From: Octopus bimaculoides
Taxonomy: Eukaryota
Reading direction: 5' to 3'
Assembly: GCF_001194135.2 (NCBI RefSeq)
Contig: NC_068989.1
Span: 94,685,834-94,749,746, forward strand
DNA: 63,913 bases
Shown: piece by piece, positions 13,160 through 23,665 of the stretch
How positions within the stretch are numbered: position 1 is the stretch's first letter
How the letters are laid out: every line of letters starts with the position of its first letter
The notes under the pieces: generated by a model
What the model was told of the DNA's origin: nothing
The model's input: only the letters and a program-made list of their open reading frames with translations
Databases searched by the model: none
Program-made: the position numbers and the translations under genes

Positions 13160-13487
13160 TATATATGCACATATACATATATACATATACATACATGTAT
13201 ATAAACATATTTAAATATACATCATAGTTAAGCTCCAGGTTCGGTGATTATGCGAATAAGGAGTCTTTAAATAAAACCCTCGATTCAATAGCACTGTGGA
13301 CAAACTATACTTGGAATAACCAATTTTAAATACTATTGAAATTTCCTCACAAAGCATTGGAATCTTATATGAATACCATTCTGCCAAAATAATGGATCTA
13401 CAAATGCAATATCCCTGCATTTCTCACGTCTCTTTTCATTCCTCCACTTCACTCTCTAAATTAAGTATTGCTCAACCATTTTCTCAC

Positions 13488-13545
13488 ACCATCTCTGATG
13501 AAGGGATATAATAAATATCCTGGAAACAGCTGTAGGACTTTCTAT
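13488..13545 (+). ncRNA. Hammerhead-ribozyme-like motif (type I, minimal helix III) in a probable Penelope-like non-coding repeat
   Basis: CTGATGA 13495-13501; stem II GGGATAT/ATATCCT; GAAA 13523-13526; palindromic ACAGCTGT helix III; predicted cleavage triplet GUA ending at 13534; helix I only about 3 bp. Confidence 0.55.
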
Positions 13546-13618
13546 TTATAAATGTTCTAAAATCTTCACAGCCTTGGTCTTTTATCTCATTCTGAAAAAT
13601 AATTTATATATATATATA

Positions 13619-13930
13619 GGCGTAGCAGTGGCTGTGTGGTAAGTGGCTGTGTGGTAAGTGGCTTGCTTACCAACCACATGGTTCTGGGTTCAGTCCCCCT
13701 GCGTGGCACCTTGGGCAAGTCTCTTCTACTATAGCTTCGGGCCGACCAAAGCCTTGTGAGTGGATTTGGTAGACGGAAACTGAAAGAAGCCCGTCGTATA
13801 TATGTATATATATGTATGTGCGTGTATATGTTTGTGTGTCTGTATTTGTCCCCCCCCCCAACATCGCTTGACAACCGATGCTGGTGTGTTTCCGTCCCCG
13901 TAATATAGCGGTTCGGCAAAAGAGACCGAT
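13619..13930 (+). mobile_element. tRNA-derived SINE family B with internal (TA)/(TG) microsatellite
   Basis: A-box-like TGGCTGTGTGG, B-box-like GGTTCAGTCC, conserved body CTTGGGCAAG..GGCCGACCAAAGCCTTGTGAG..GGAAACTGAAAGAAGCCC; ends at N gap. Confidence 0.9.
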
Positions 13931-15033
13931 NNNNNNNNNNNNNNNNNNNNNNNNNNNNNNNNNNNNNNNNNNNNNNNNNNNNNNNNNNNNNNNNNNNNNN
14001 NNNNNNNNNNNNNNNNNNNNNNNNNNNNNNNNNNNNNNNNNNNNNNNNNNNNNNNNNNNNNNNNNNNNNNNNNNNNNNNNNNNNNNNNNNNNNNNNNNNN
14101 NNNNNNNNNNNNNNNNNNNNNNNNNNNNNNNNNNNNNNNNNNNNNNNNNNNNNNNNNNNNNNNNNNNNNNNNNNNNNNNNNNNNNNNNNNNNNNNNNNNN
14201 NNNNNNNNNNNNNNNNNNNNNNNNNNNNNNNNNNNNNNNNNNNNNNNNNNNNNNNNNNNNNNNNNNNNNNNNNNNNNNNNNNNNNNNNNNNNNNNNNNNN
14301 NNNNNNNNNNNNNNNNNNNNNNNNNNNNNNNNNNNNNNNNNNNNTATATATATATATATATATATATATGAATGTGCATTATACATATTTATATAGAGTT
14401 ATAGAGAAACATCAATACTTTACTTGCCTCACTGTACTTTAAAATGTGTCTATTCAGTGAATAATTTCTGTATATGTATGTCTAAGTGTATGTGGGTGGG
14501 GGTTTGTGTGTCTGTGTGTGTATGTCTGCATGCGCGTGTGGGCTTCCCTGTTGATAGTAAATTGAAACATTTATAAAATTTTAGAAGTTTTATAACTTCA
14601 CGCTGAATAATTCCTTGAAAGGTTAATACCGAGACATGCGCTGACACCGACAATTTACGCATAAACAAGCGCGCGCGCACACACGCAGTTTCTTATTATA
14701 CATACACACACACATACATTCAATAAATATTCATGCACGGTCACATATACTTACAAATCTTTATGTATATGAGTGTGTAATATAACCATGTGGGTGTGCG
14801 TATGTTTGTGTATGTGTGTGTGTATGTGTGTGTGTGTGCGTGTGTGTGCGCGCGCCTCTATCTCTCTTTATCTCTCACACACATACACACATACACAGAC
14901 TCACATACAAAGATACATTTTTCAATTTATTTGTCTCTACGTGTGCGTACATTCTCTTTTTTTTCCGTATATAACGTATGTTGCCAAATTTTGTTTACTT
15001 CTTCGCATGCAAATATACATATATACATTCATG

Positions 15034-15065
<32 letters not shown>

Positions 15066-15609
15066 TATATATATATATACATATGAATATATACACACAC
15101 CTATAGATTTAAAAATACATATATAATAACGTGGGTCCCTCTATGTATCCATGTGTAATGTGTGTGTGTGTGTGCATACATTTGTAAGTGTACGAAACGT
15201 CTTTCATATGCTTCAACGCTAATTGTAAGGTCACCTAGGAGAGGAATATTCTGGCTTTGTGTTGGGCATATAACTTCGAATGTTCAACAGCATATATAAA
15301 GATATTATGGAAAAGAATTGAAAAATTGCTCATGTGATGAGCACTTGGTGCGATATTGTATATGCATGTGTGTGTTTGCGTGAGGGTTGCGTTAGAGTAT
15401 GTTGAGTTGTGGTCTGTATTTTTTAATAAGAATATTTTTCCTATTTATTCGTGTTTGGTCAGTGGTGGTGTCTTGGCAATGGTATAGTGGGAAAACTAGG
15501 AACTTATTTTGTGCACAAAGATCTAAGTGACCACTAAGTGGTATCTGTCTTGTGTATATATACGTGTATATCTATTAAGGGACGAAGCATTTGCTTGAGA
15601 GTGAGGGCA

Positions 15610-16850
15610 TATGCTCAGAAATTATTCCGCTCATTTACAAAAACATATAAAGTTGCTCTTTCCCCTGTTATTCCTCTGGTTGATGAGAACAACACTCTAC
15701 ATGATGCAAAATCCATGTGCGAGATAATGAAGAGACAATACTGCTCTGTCTTCACGAACGCTAATGCAGTTGATCTGGCTAGTACCAGTGATGTAAACCC
15801 TCAGCTAACCATAGCTGACATAACTTTTGGTGCTCCTGATATCCTAACAGTAATAGATAAGATGAAGCAAAACTCGGCAGAAAGTCCCAATAAGTTGCCC
15901 GCCACTGTCCGGAAGAGGTGTCGACATCAAATTGCACCCCCTCTGGCTGAGCGCTGGAGAAACTCACTTCATGCATGTTACATTCCGGATAATTTTCCTT
16001 CCCAGTCTGTCGTTGCAATCTTCAAAAAGGGAAACAAATCTCTTGCAGTGAACTACCGTCTGATTTCACTCCTTATATCATTAAAGTACTTTGAGAGGGT
16101 GGTGCGATCGCGAATAACTCACTCCCTCAACGACAACAATCTCCAGAATCCCAACCAGCATGGTTTCCATGATGGCAGGGACTGCCTGTAGCAGCTTCTG
16201 CACCATTTTCATGACATTTTAATGGCTTTGGGAGAAGGATCAACACTGACGTCATAGACCTTGATTTCAGCAAAACATTTGCCAGAGTGGACGACAAAAT
16301 CCTGCTGAAGAAACCGTCCAACATTGGGGTCCGTGGAAAGCTGCTGCAGTGGATAAAGTGTTTCCTGGCGAACAGAACCCAACATGTAGTGTTTGAGGGA
16401 ATACGATCCAACTCAGCCAAAGTCAGTGTTGGTGCCCCACAAGGTACTGTGTTAGGCACACTTCGCTTCGTTATCTACCGATGTAGATAATGAAGAGGAG
16501 TGGGCGTCATCAAACATTCTACATTGAAAATGTCTGCAGATGATTCCAAACTCCAGAAAGCCATAAACGGTGTGGGAGACCGAACATGCCTTCAGTCGGA
16601 TCTGTTTGTTATTGTCCAATGGGCGGAAAATAACAATATGCTTCTGAATTAAGATAACTTTCATTTGATCCACTTTGGGAAGGAGGTTACTCTGAAACTG
16701 CTATATGCCCTTACCTCGGGTGACTCCCTAGTGTCATCCAACAACACCAGATACCTTGGAGTAACTGTTGATAACAATCTAAGCTGGAGTTCCTACGTAA
16801 ACAGCAAGATTGACTTGACTCGCAAGATGTGCTCCTGGATTCTTGTACAA
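15610..16850 (+). mobile_element. CR1/L2-group LINE reverse-transcriptase fragment (pseudogenised)
   Basis: IFKKGNKSLAVNYRLISL, QHGFHDGRDCL, DLDFSKTFARV, GAPQGTVLG (16431), ADDSKL (16536), RYLGVTVDNNLSW; stops and frameshifts. Confidence 0.9.
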
Positions 16851-16854
16851 TGTT

Positions 16855-17260
16855 GCCCACGTCACTTTTCATTAGTTCATTATTATATCTAGTTTTGCTG
16901 CAGTTTAGCAGGTGCTACCTGAGTGATACTATACAGCATTCAAAGGCCGTTTGCACTGATCTTAGGCCTCTACCACTTCTTAGGTAGAGCTTGTCAACAT
17001 CATTGTTTCTGTGGAAGTTCCCAGTTGTTGTCAGGATTTTGCGGGTTTTGATATCTATGGTATGAATTTCCTCTACAGACCAATCAAGTATCCCGAATGT
17101 TGGCATCAGCACTGCTACTGCAAATGCATTGTGGTATATTGTTTCGTTATTTTCCTACGTCTGCTGTAATATTCCCGGGTCACTCTATCTTTATCCACAG
17201 TGCGTTTATATGATACATTTTCATTTATGCCTAGGTACTTGTAACATTCTTTTTGTGGAA
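16855..17260 (-). mobile_element. R4/Dong-like non-LTR retrotransposon fragment (RT C-terminal part)
   Basis: CYKYLGINE (about 17230), FGILDWSVEEIHTIDIKTRKILTTTGNFHRNNDVDKLYL..GRGLRSV. Confidence 0.75.
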
Positions 17261-17601
17261 TGGGTGAAATAGAGAGACCGTTGATGCACAGATTTTGGGA
17301 TTCGGGGACTGACTTTCCTCATTCTACGTATGTATGTGTGTGTGTATGTTTGTATGTGTGTCTATGCATGTGTGTGTGGCGGGGTGCCTAAACTGGAAAG
17401 ACCTCTTCTTTCAAACATGTTATACTGAAACATAGCTAATGAGAAAATATGAAAAAAATCTTTAATAAAAACATCAAATTTGAACGTAGTCTACTTTTAT
17501 GATATATGTATGCATGTGTGTATATTGCGTATGCCTTCAGAAACGGATACATACGTATACTTACATATATACGTATATATTCATGTATGTGTGTGTGTAT
17601 A

Positions 17602-17658
<57 letters not shown>

Positions 17659-18081
17659 GTAAAGATACATTATTGGAGGTGTTACCAGTCTATTTCTAGA
17701 ACTCCTGACAATTCCGTTCCAATAAGTGCTTTCATCTACTTCCACTTACAAATGACATCCGTGACAAGTAATTACCGATCACATTTATCTGGTAAATAGA
17801 CATATTCAATAAATTCTCCAACGTTAACACAAGTTGTTTTCTTAATATTTGACTTAGTTTTTTATGAAGGAATCAGAAATCTCACAGTAATGACGTTGCG
17901 ATATCAACAAGTATCAAAAGTCCTTAACTGGAAATCAGAAGAAATAATTATATTTTAAATTGAAATTCCTGATAGCATGAGATATTTACACTTTACAGTA
18001 GGAATTAAAATGCATGTAATACAGATTACTAAAACGCAATATATATATATATATATATATACACGCACACATATATATATA

Positions 18082-18125
<44 letters not shown>

Positions 18126-18249
18126 TTTATATATATATATTCGAGAACATACGCAATTCTTTCTTCTAGTGTTCCTTATTTTCTCAAGGTTAAATTTTGT
18201 ATTTTGCATATGTAGAAAAAGTTCTCATTTCTCCTCCTTGCCGAAATAA

Positions 18250-18486
18250 TTAGAATAATATTTATTTCTTTATTGCTCACAAGGGGCATAGAGGGGACAA
18301 ACAAGGACAGACAAAGGGATTAAGTCGATTACGTCGACCCCAGTGTGTAACTGGTACTTATTTAATCGACCCCGGAAGGATGACTGGCAAAGTCAACCTC
18401 CGTGGGATTTGAACTCAGAACGTAACGGCAGACGAAATACCACAAAACGTTTCACCCGCGTGTTAACGATTCTGCCAGCTAGCCGC
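18250..18486 (-). mobile_element. SINE family A (tail variant 1)
   Basis: Reverse-complement homolog of 8592-8822, including the TTGTCCCCTCT..CCCCTTGTG tail. Confidence 0.85.
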
Positions 18487-18499
18487 ATTTAAATATTCT

Positions 18500-18660
18500 T
18501 TTCTACTGTAGGTACAAGGATCGAAATTTGGTGGGAGGGGACCAGTCAATTAGATCGACCCAAGTTCGTAACTGGTACTTAATTTATCGACCCCGATGGG
18601 ATGAAAGACAAAGTTGACGTCGGCGGAATCTGAATCCAGAATGTAAAGTCAGACGAATAA
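18500..18660 (-). mobile_element. SINE family A (tail variant 2), 5'-truncated
   Basis: Shares core GTCGATAAATTAAGTACCAG; tail CCCTCCCACCAAATTTCG..CTTGTACCTACAGTAGAAAAG like 26326 and 44703. Confidence 0.8.
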
Positions 18661-18764
18661 TTAAAATAATATTAGCCATTGACTAGTATGTTCCTTTATA
18701 ATAACACAACTATTTCTAATTAGATTTTTTTGAAAATACCCCAGATTAGATTACAAATCAAAAC

Positions 18765-18835
18765 GGAGTGAGACTGAGACCGGAACCATGTAGTTGAGAA
18801 GTTAACTTCCTACCACACAGCCACGCCTGCGCCTC
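18765..18835 (-). mobile_element. SINE family B head fragment
   Basis: Reverse complement GGCGCAGGCGTGGCTGTGTGGTAGGAAG..ACATGGTTCCGG. Confidence 0.7.
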
Positions 18836-20387
18836 TTCTAGAAGACAATTTTATAATTTTCCCATTTTGTTTTCCAGTGCTATTAAACCTAAAGACAATT
18901 AGCAAGCGAAGGAACACTGAACCACATGGCAGCGCTTCCACAAACCCGTTAACATTACTCTTACTACACTACTTCGTGGGCACTTTGTCAATAAACCATA
19001 CTGCATTACAGAAAAGGAAGGTAATACGATATCTCAATGCAATCTCTATTGTCATCTGTATTTCATAAATGTGTAGACAATAAAACAAACAAAAGAAACA
19101 CATTCAAAGTGAGGCAAACGATATAGTTTCTGATTTTTACCAAGGCCTGCAGCGTTCCCGCCCTGACACACAGTGTGCACATTTCATCATCCAATTTTGA
19201 TTTATGTTCTTGATTAATAGGATGTGGTTCAGCTTTGTAGATCCCGTGATCTCACAGCTTTCTTCGCATATCTATCGATCAGATTTTAGTGTTTCTGCAG
19301 GGAAGATATATTATTGAAATAAAATAGTTAAATCTATCGCATATCCTATTTATTTCTTATTCTGAACGTGAAACTCCCGTTTTTGGATTTATGACCAGTA
19401 AGTCAATAAATCTATTGTTGAACACTGCAGGGACACAATTTTCTTTTCTATCGCTAATGAGAAATGTCTCTTCGCCTTAAATCAGACGCCATATTGCTTC
19501 AGTAAGAATCTGTGTTAGCAATAGTTTACATTGTAAGGCGGCCGGCACTTGGCGAAAAAGAAAAGAATGATAATTTATGGCACAGATGTATTCCTTGGTA
19601 AATTAAAATATTTATTGCAAATTCTTATATATCATATACAAATATCCAATAAATATTTCTAAAATTGATGATTTAAAAGTCTAAATTTCTTATTTATGTC
19701 ATGCTAGAGAGAAACTTGCAAATGGTTCTGAGTTAATTAAGCGAAATCTGAATTAAAATGATGTAAGATATTATAATATATTTCGCTGTTTTAAGAGATA
19801 ACTGCAATTAAAGGAACGTCATTGTTTTGATCTAATTTTTTCCAACATTAATTCTTTCAGTTGCATATATATGTGTTTGTGTGCATGTATATAAATACAC
19901 ACACGTACATGCACACATATATACCTGCATACGTATATGAATTCCTCTTTAGCGACGAAATCACTATTAGTTCAATTTCGTAATCTGTATGTCATACTTA
20001 GACCATGTCATACTATTGAAATCTTTCTAAGTTGCAGAAGTCACCTCGGGAAGCTGCTCTAAATTATGGGTAGTGCTAAAAAATGCAGAAATACATCAAC
20101 AGCAAGCGAAAATTGATATGCTTCATATATATGCTTGAATTATGGTATATTGATCGCTAATTTTAATGAATTGTACTTCCGTTCATAATAATAAATGATA
20201 TGCATCTTGCTAGCTAAATACGATATTAGTGATTTTTCAATCAATATTTAACTATATCTACTGGTGGCCGATTTTCACGTAGCATGCAGTATCAGTGTAT
20301 AATTATTACAGCTGAAGCTAAAAGAAAATCTTTCGTGTATGTATATATAATGGACTAAGGGTAGCAGGAGCATACACGAAGACGGAA

Positions 20388-20436
20388 AGTGTCACTGAAG
20401 AGGTCACAAATGTGTGGCGAAAGATTTCCGGACAAT
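20388..20436 (+). ncRNA. Hammerhead-ribozyme-like motif (type I, minimal helix III)
   Basis: CTGAAGA 20395-20401; extra G; 6-bp stem II GTCACA/TGTGGC closed by G-C with AATG loop; GAAA 20419-20422; near-palindromic AGATTT; cleavage triplet UUC ending at 20428; TGTC/GACA helix I remnant; AATAAA downstream. Confidence 0.6.
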
Positions 20437-20587
20437 GGACATGAGTTAGAATAAGAACAGTAATAAACGAGTGAAAAACGAATATACAGTGCATGTGATT
20501 ACTTAGCAAAAAAAAAAAAATTACCATCCCGAAATACAACACACGGTTTCACATCAGGAATATTGCAACACGAATCCATAAACTTAA

Positions 20588-20700
<113 letters not shown>

Positions 20701-21207
20701 TTTGTGTATTCATTTGGCAAGGTGTGACTCTTAGTCTGCAATCATATATTGGAATATATACAGCACTGTTATGTTTCATTTCACCAATGGAAATTCCTGC
20801 ACTCGTTTTTACATCATGTCAGTGCGTCAGACAAAATGCCGTGCGGGGTTTAGATTCACTGCTCTGCTTTCTTAGTTCAAATACCACTGTGGTTAATTTT
20901 GCCCTCATTTCATTCCAGTTATCCCCTACCACCACATTTCTCGTCTCCCACCATATCCTATACCTCCCAGCAAATTCTTAGTCTTGTGCCTATCTCAAAA
21001 TCAATAATGAGTGTCGGTTAACTAGTAAACTAATTTATTGATCAATTGCTTGATGAAACATTTTATGGAGCCATCAGTAAGTTTTTCTGCGTCCGTTGTC
21101 ATAATATCCGACTTTATAAACGGCATGCTTTCATCTGCTTTTCTCAATGCTAATGTTCATCACTTATTAGTTTTAAATACTTGGCCATGGCAGATGTGAC
21201 CAATATA

Positions 21208-22447
21208 TCTATATATATAAAGATGAGAATGTGTGTCTGTCTGTCTGTCTGTCTGTGTGAATCCCTAAAACTCGAGAACTACACAACTAATTTCATTCAA
21301 ATTTTACAGATGCCTTACTTAGGGTTCCAGTTGTGTTTTAGTCAAAAAACATTTTAACTTCTTGCAGAGTTCGAGCCCACAGCAACATAATATCTCCTCC
21401 ACTATTTAAGTATTACGTGTCAAAAGTGAAACAAAAACGCTCATGTCAAATACTTTCACTTTAAAAATGAAACTATTCTACTAACTGAAACAATCACATA
21501 NNNNNNNNNNNNNNNNNNNNNNNNNNNNNNNNNNNNNNNNNNNNNNNNNNNNNNNNNNNNNNNNNNNNNNNNNNNNNNNNNNNNNNNNNNNNNNNNNNNN
21601 NNNNNNNNNNNNNNNNNNNNNNNNNNNNNNNNNNNNNNNNNNNNNNNNNNNNNNNNNNNNNNNNNNNNNNNNNNNNNNNNNNNNNNNNNNNNNNNNNNNN
21701 NNNNNNNNNNNNNNNNNNNNNNNNNNNNNNNNNNNNNNNNNNNNNNNNNNNNNNNNNNNNNNNNNNNNNNNNNNNNNNNNNNNNNNNNNNNNNNNNNNNN
21801 NNNNNNNNNNNNNNNNNNNNNNNNNNNNNNNNNNNNNNNNNNNNNNNNNNNNNNNNNNNNNNNNNNNNNNNNNNNNNNNNNNNNNNNNNNNNNNNNNNNN
21901 NNNNNNNNNNNNNNNNNNNNNNNNNNNNNNNNNNNNNNNNNNNNNNNNNNNNNNNNNNNNNNNNNNNNNNNNNNNNNNNNNNNNNNNNNNNNNNNNNNNN
22001 NNNNNNNNNNNNNNNNNNNNNNNNNNNNNNNNNNNNNNNNNNNNNNNNNNNNNNNNNNNNNNNNNNNNNNNNNNNNNNNNNNNNNNNNNNNNNNNNNNNN
22101 NNNNNNNNNNNNNNNNNNNNNNNNNNNNNNNNNNNNNNNNNNNNNNNNNNNNNNNNNNNNNNNNNNNNNNNNNNNNNNNNNNNNNNNNNNNNNNNNNNNN
22201 NNNGGGTCTTTTTATTATCACTATGACACACATAGTCCCCAGTTGGTAACATTGATTTCAAGGCCCTCCTAGATGAGAGACTGGCATTCCACTTAATATC
22301 TATGTTCCATGCTGGCATGGATTGGAGAGTTATTAATGTAGAAATATGGTATCATAGCTACTAACAGTTGAGGGTTGCGTAGTCTAGACGGCGTTTTTAG
22401 ATTTCATTATTCTCTTTAACCCGGGCAAAGCCGGGTATTTCTGCTAG
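21208..22447 (+). mobile_element. Non-autonomous Helitron-type element, both ends visible (about 700 N inside)
   Basis: A|TCTATATATATAAAG 5' end followed by (TGTC)n; 3' hairpin ACCCGG-GCAAAG-CCGGGT (22419-22436), then CTAG|T; inserted at A^T with no TSD. Confidence 0.8.
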
Positions 22448-22457
22448 TATATATATA

Positions 22458-22870
22458 TCAGATCATCCCATAAGTTCTGTCCGAATTTTGAATAAAGAAA
22501 ACAAGTGATCAAATTTAATTGTAATTTCATCGTCAATGTACTTTCCCTGATTATCTATGATTTCCTTCCATCTATTTACAAGCTTTTTATTCCCTTCAAT
22601 GTTAAATTCTTTTGGTTTCAAAGCGAAAAACTCTGAAATGTCAGTTTCGACCTCCTCCTGGCTTGCGAAAGTTATGCCCCCCAAATGATTCTGTAAACTA
22701 CGAAACAAATGGTAGTCTATAGGAGCAAGGTCGGGAGAATAAGGTGGATGAGGAATTTTTTCCTAACCAAGCTCTTCGATCTTCTGTGATGTGATCTTTG
22801 CAGTGTGGGGTCGCGCATTGTCCTGATGAAACATCACTCCTTTTCGATTCACTAAAGCGGATCTTTTTTT
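22458..22870 (-). mobile_element. Mariner transposase C-terminal remnant with right TIR
   Basis: VMFHQDNARPHTAKIT..HPPYSPDLAPIDYHLFRSLQNHL: 34 residues between the second and third Asp (D34D); TIR-like TA-TCAGATCATCCCATAAG. Confidence 0.9.
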
Positions 22871-23294
22871 CTTCAACGCTTGGTTCAAACGCTCTAAACG
22901 CTCTAATATACTCCGGTCGGTTCCTTCCTTATTGGAATCATATTACACACACACACATAACCACGCACACACACAAATACGCGCGCGCGCGCGCAAACAC
23001 GCGCCTTGTAAATATACTTATAAGTTTTAACCGTATACTGACTATAGAAAATAGCCTAGTATTGGCTCCTATAAGACCACAGCGAAAAGAAATGGCATTA
23101 CCATGCGTGGGAATCGAACCTACAACTTTACTTTCACTATAAGTATGCTGATTACGCCAGCATACTTCCCATCCATTTCTACCCCACCACTAAATTTAGA
23201 AACTATGATTTCATAGTAGTAAATATATCCGTATTCTGCGTAAGTTAAGAAACGGTGACAAGGTGAATTTCTATGCAAACAAATTTCACTCTAT

Positions 23295-23394
23295 TAGCGT
23301 GGCATCTTGGGCAAGTGTCTTCTACTATAGCCACGGGCCGACCAAAACTTTGTGAGTAGATTTGGTAGACGGAAACTGAAAGAAGCCCGTCATA

Positions 23395-23447
<53 letters not shown>

Positions 23448-23665
23448 GTGTATATGTTTGTGTGTCTGTGTTGTGCCCCCCAACATCGCTTCTCAACCGA
23501 TGCTGGTGTGTTTACGTCCCCGTAACTTAGCGGTTCGGCCTAAGAGACCAATAGAATAAGTACTAGGCTTACAAAAAATAAGTCCTGGAGTCGATTTGCT
23601 AGATAAAGGCGATGCTCCAGCATGGCTACAGTCACATGACTGAAACAAGTAAAAGAGTATATAAA
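23295..23665 (+). mobile_element. SINE family B, 5'-truncated, with expanded internal (TA)n
   Basis: Body and 3' tail GCTCCAGCATGGC..CAGTCACATGACTGAAACAAGTAAAAGAG. Confidence 0.85.

Noticed and set aside
14773-15126. Many ORFs of HTHT/CVCV/YIYI/SLSL type throughout the window
   Set aside because: Translations of dinucleotide and tetranucleotide microsatellites.
23095-23170. tRNA-like B-box (GGTTCGATTCC on the minus strand) with an adjacent 8-bp hairpin
   Set aside because: No cloverleaf or acceptor stem; at most a decayed SINE head, not a tRNA gene.
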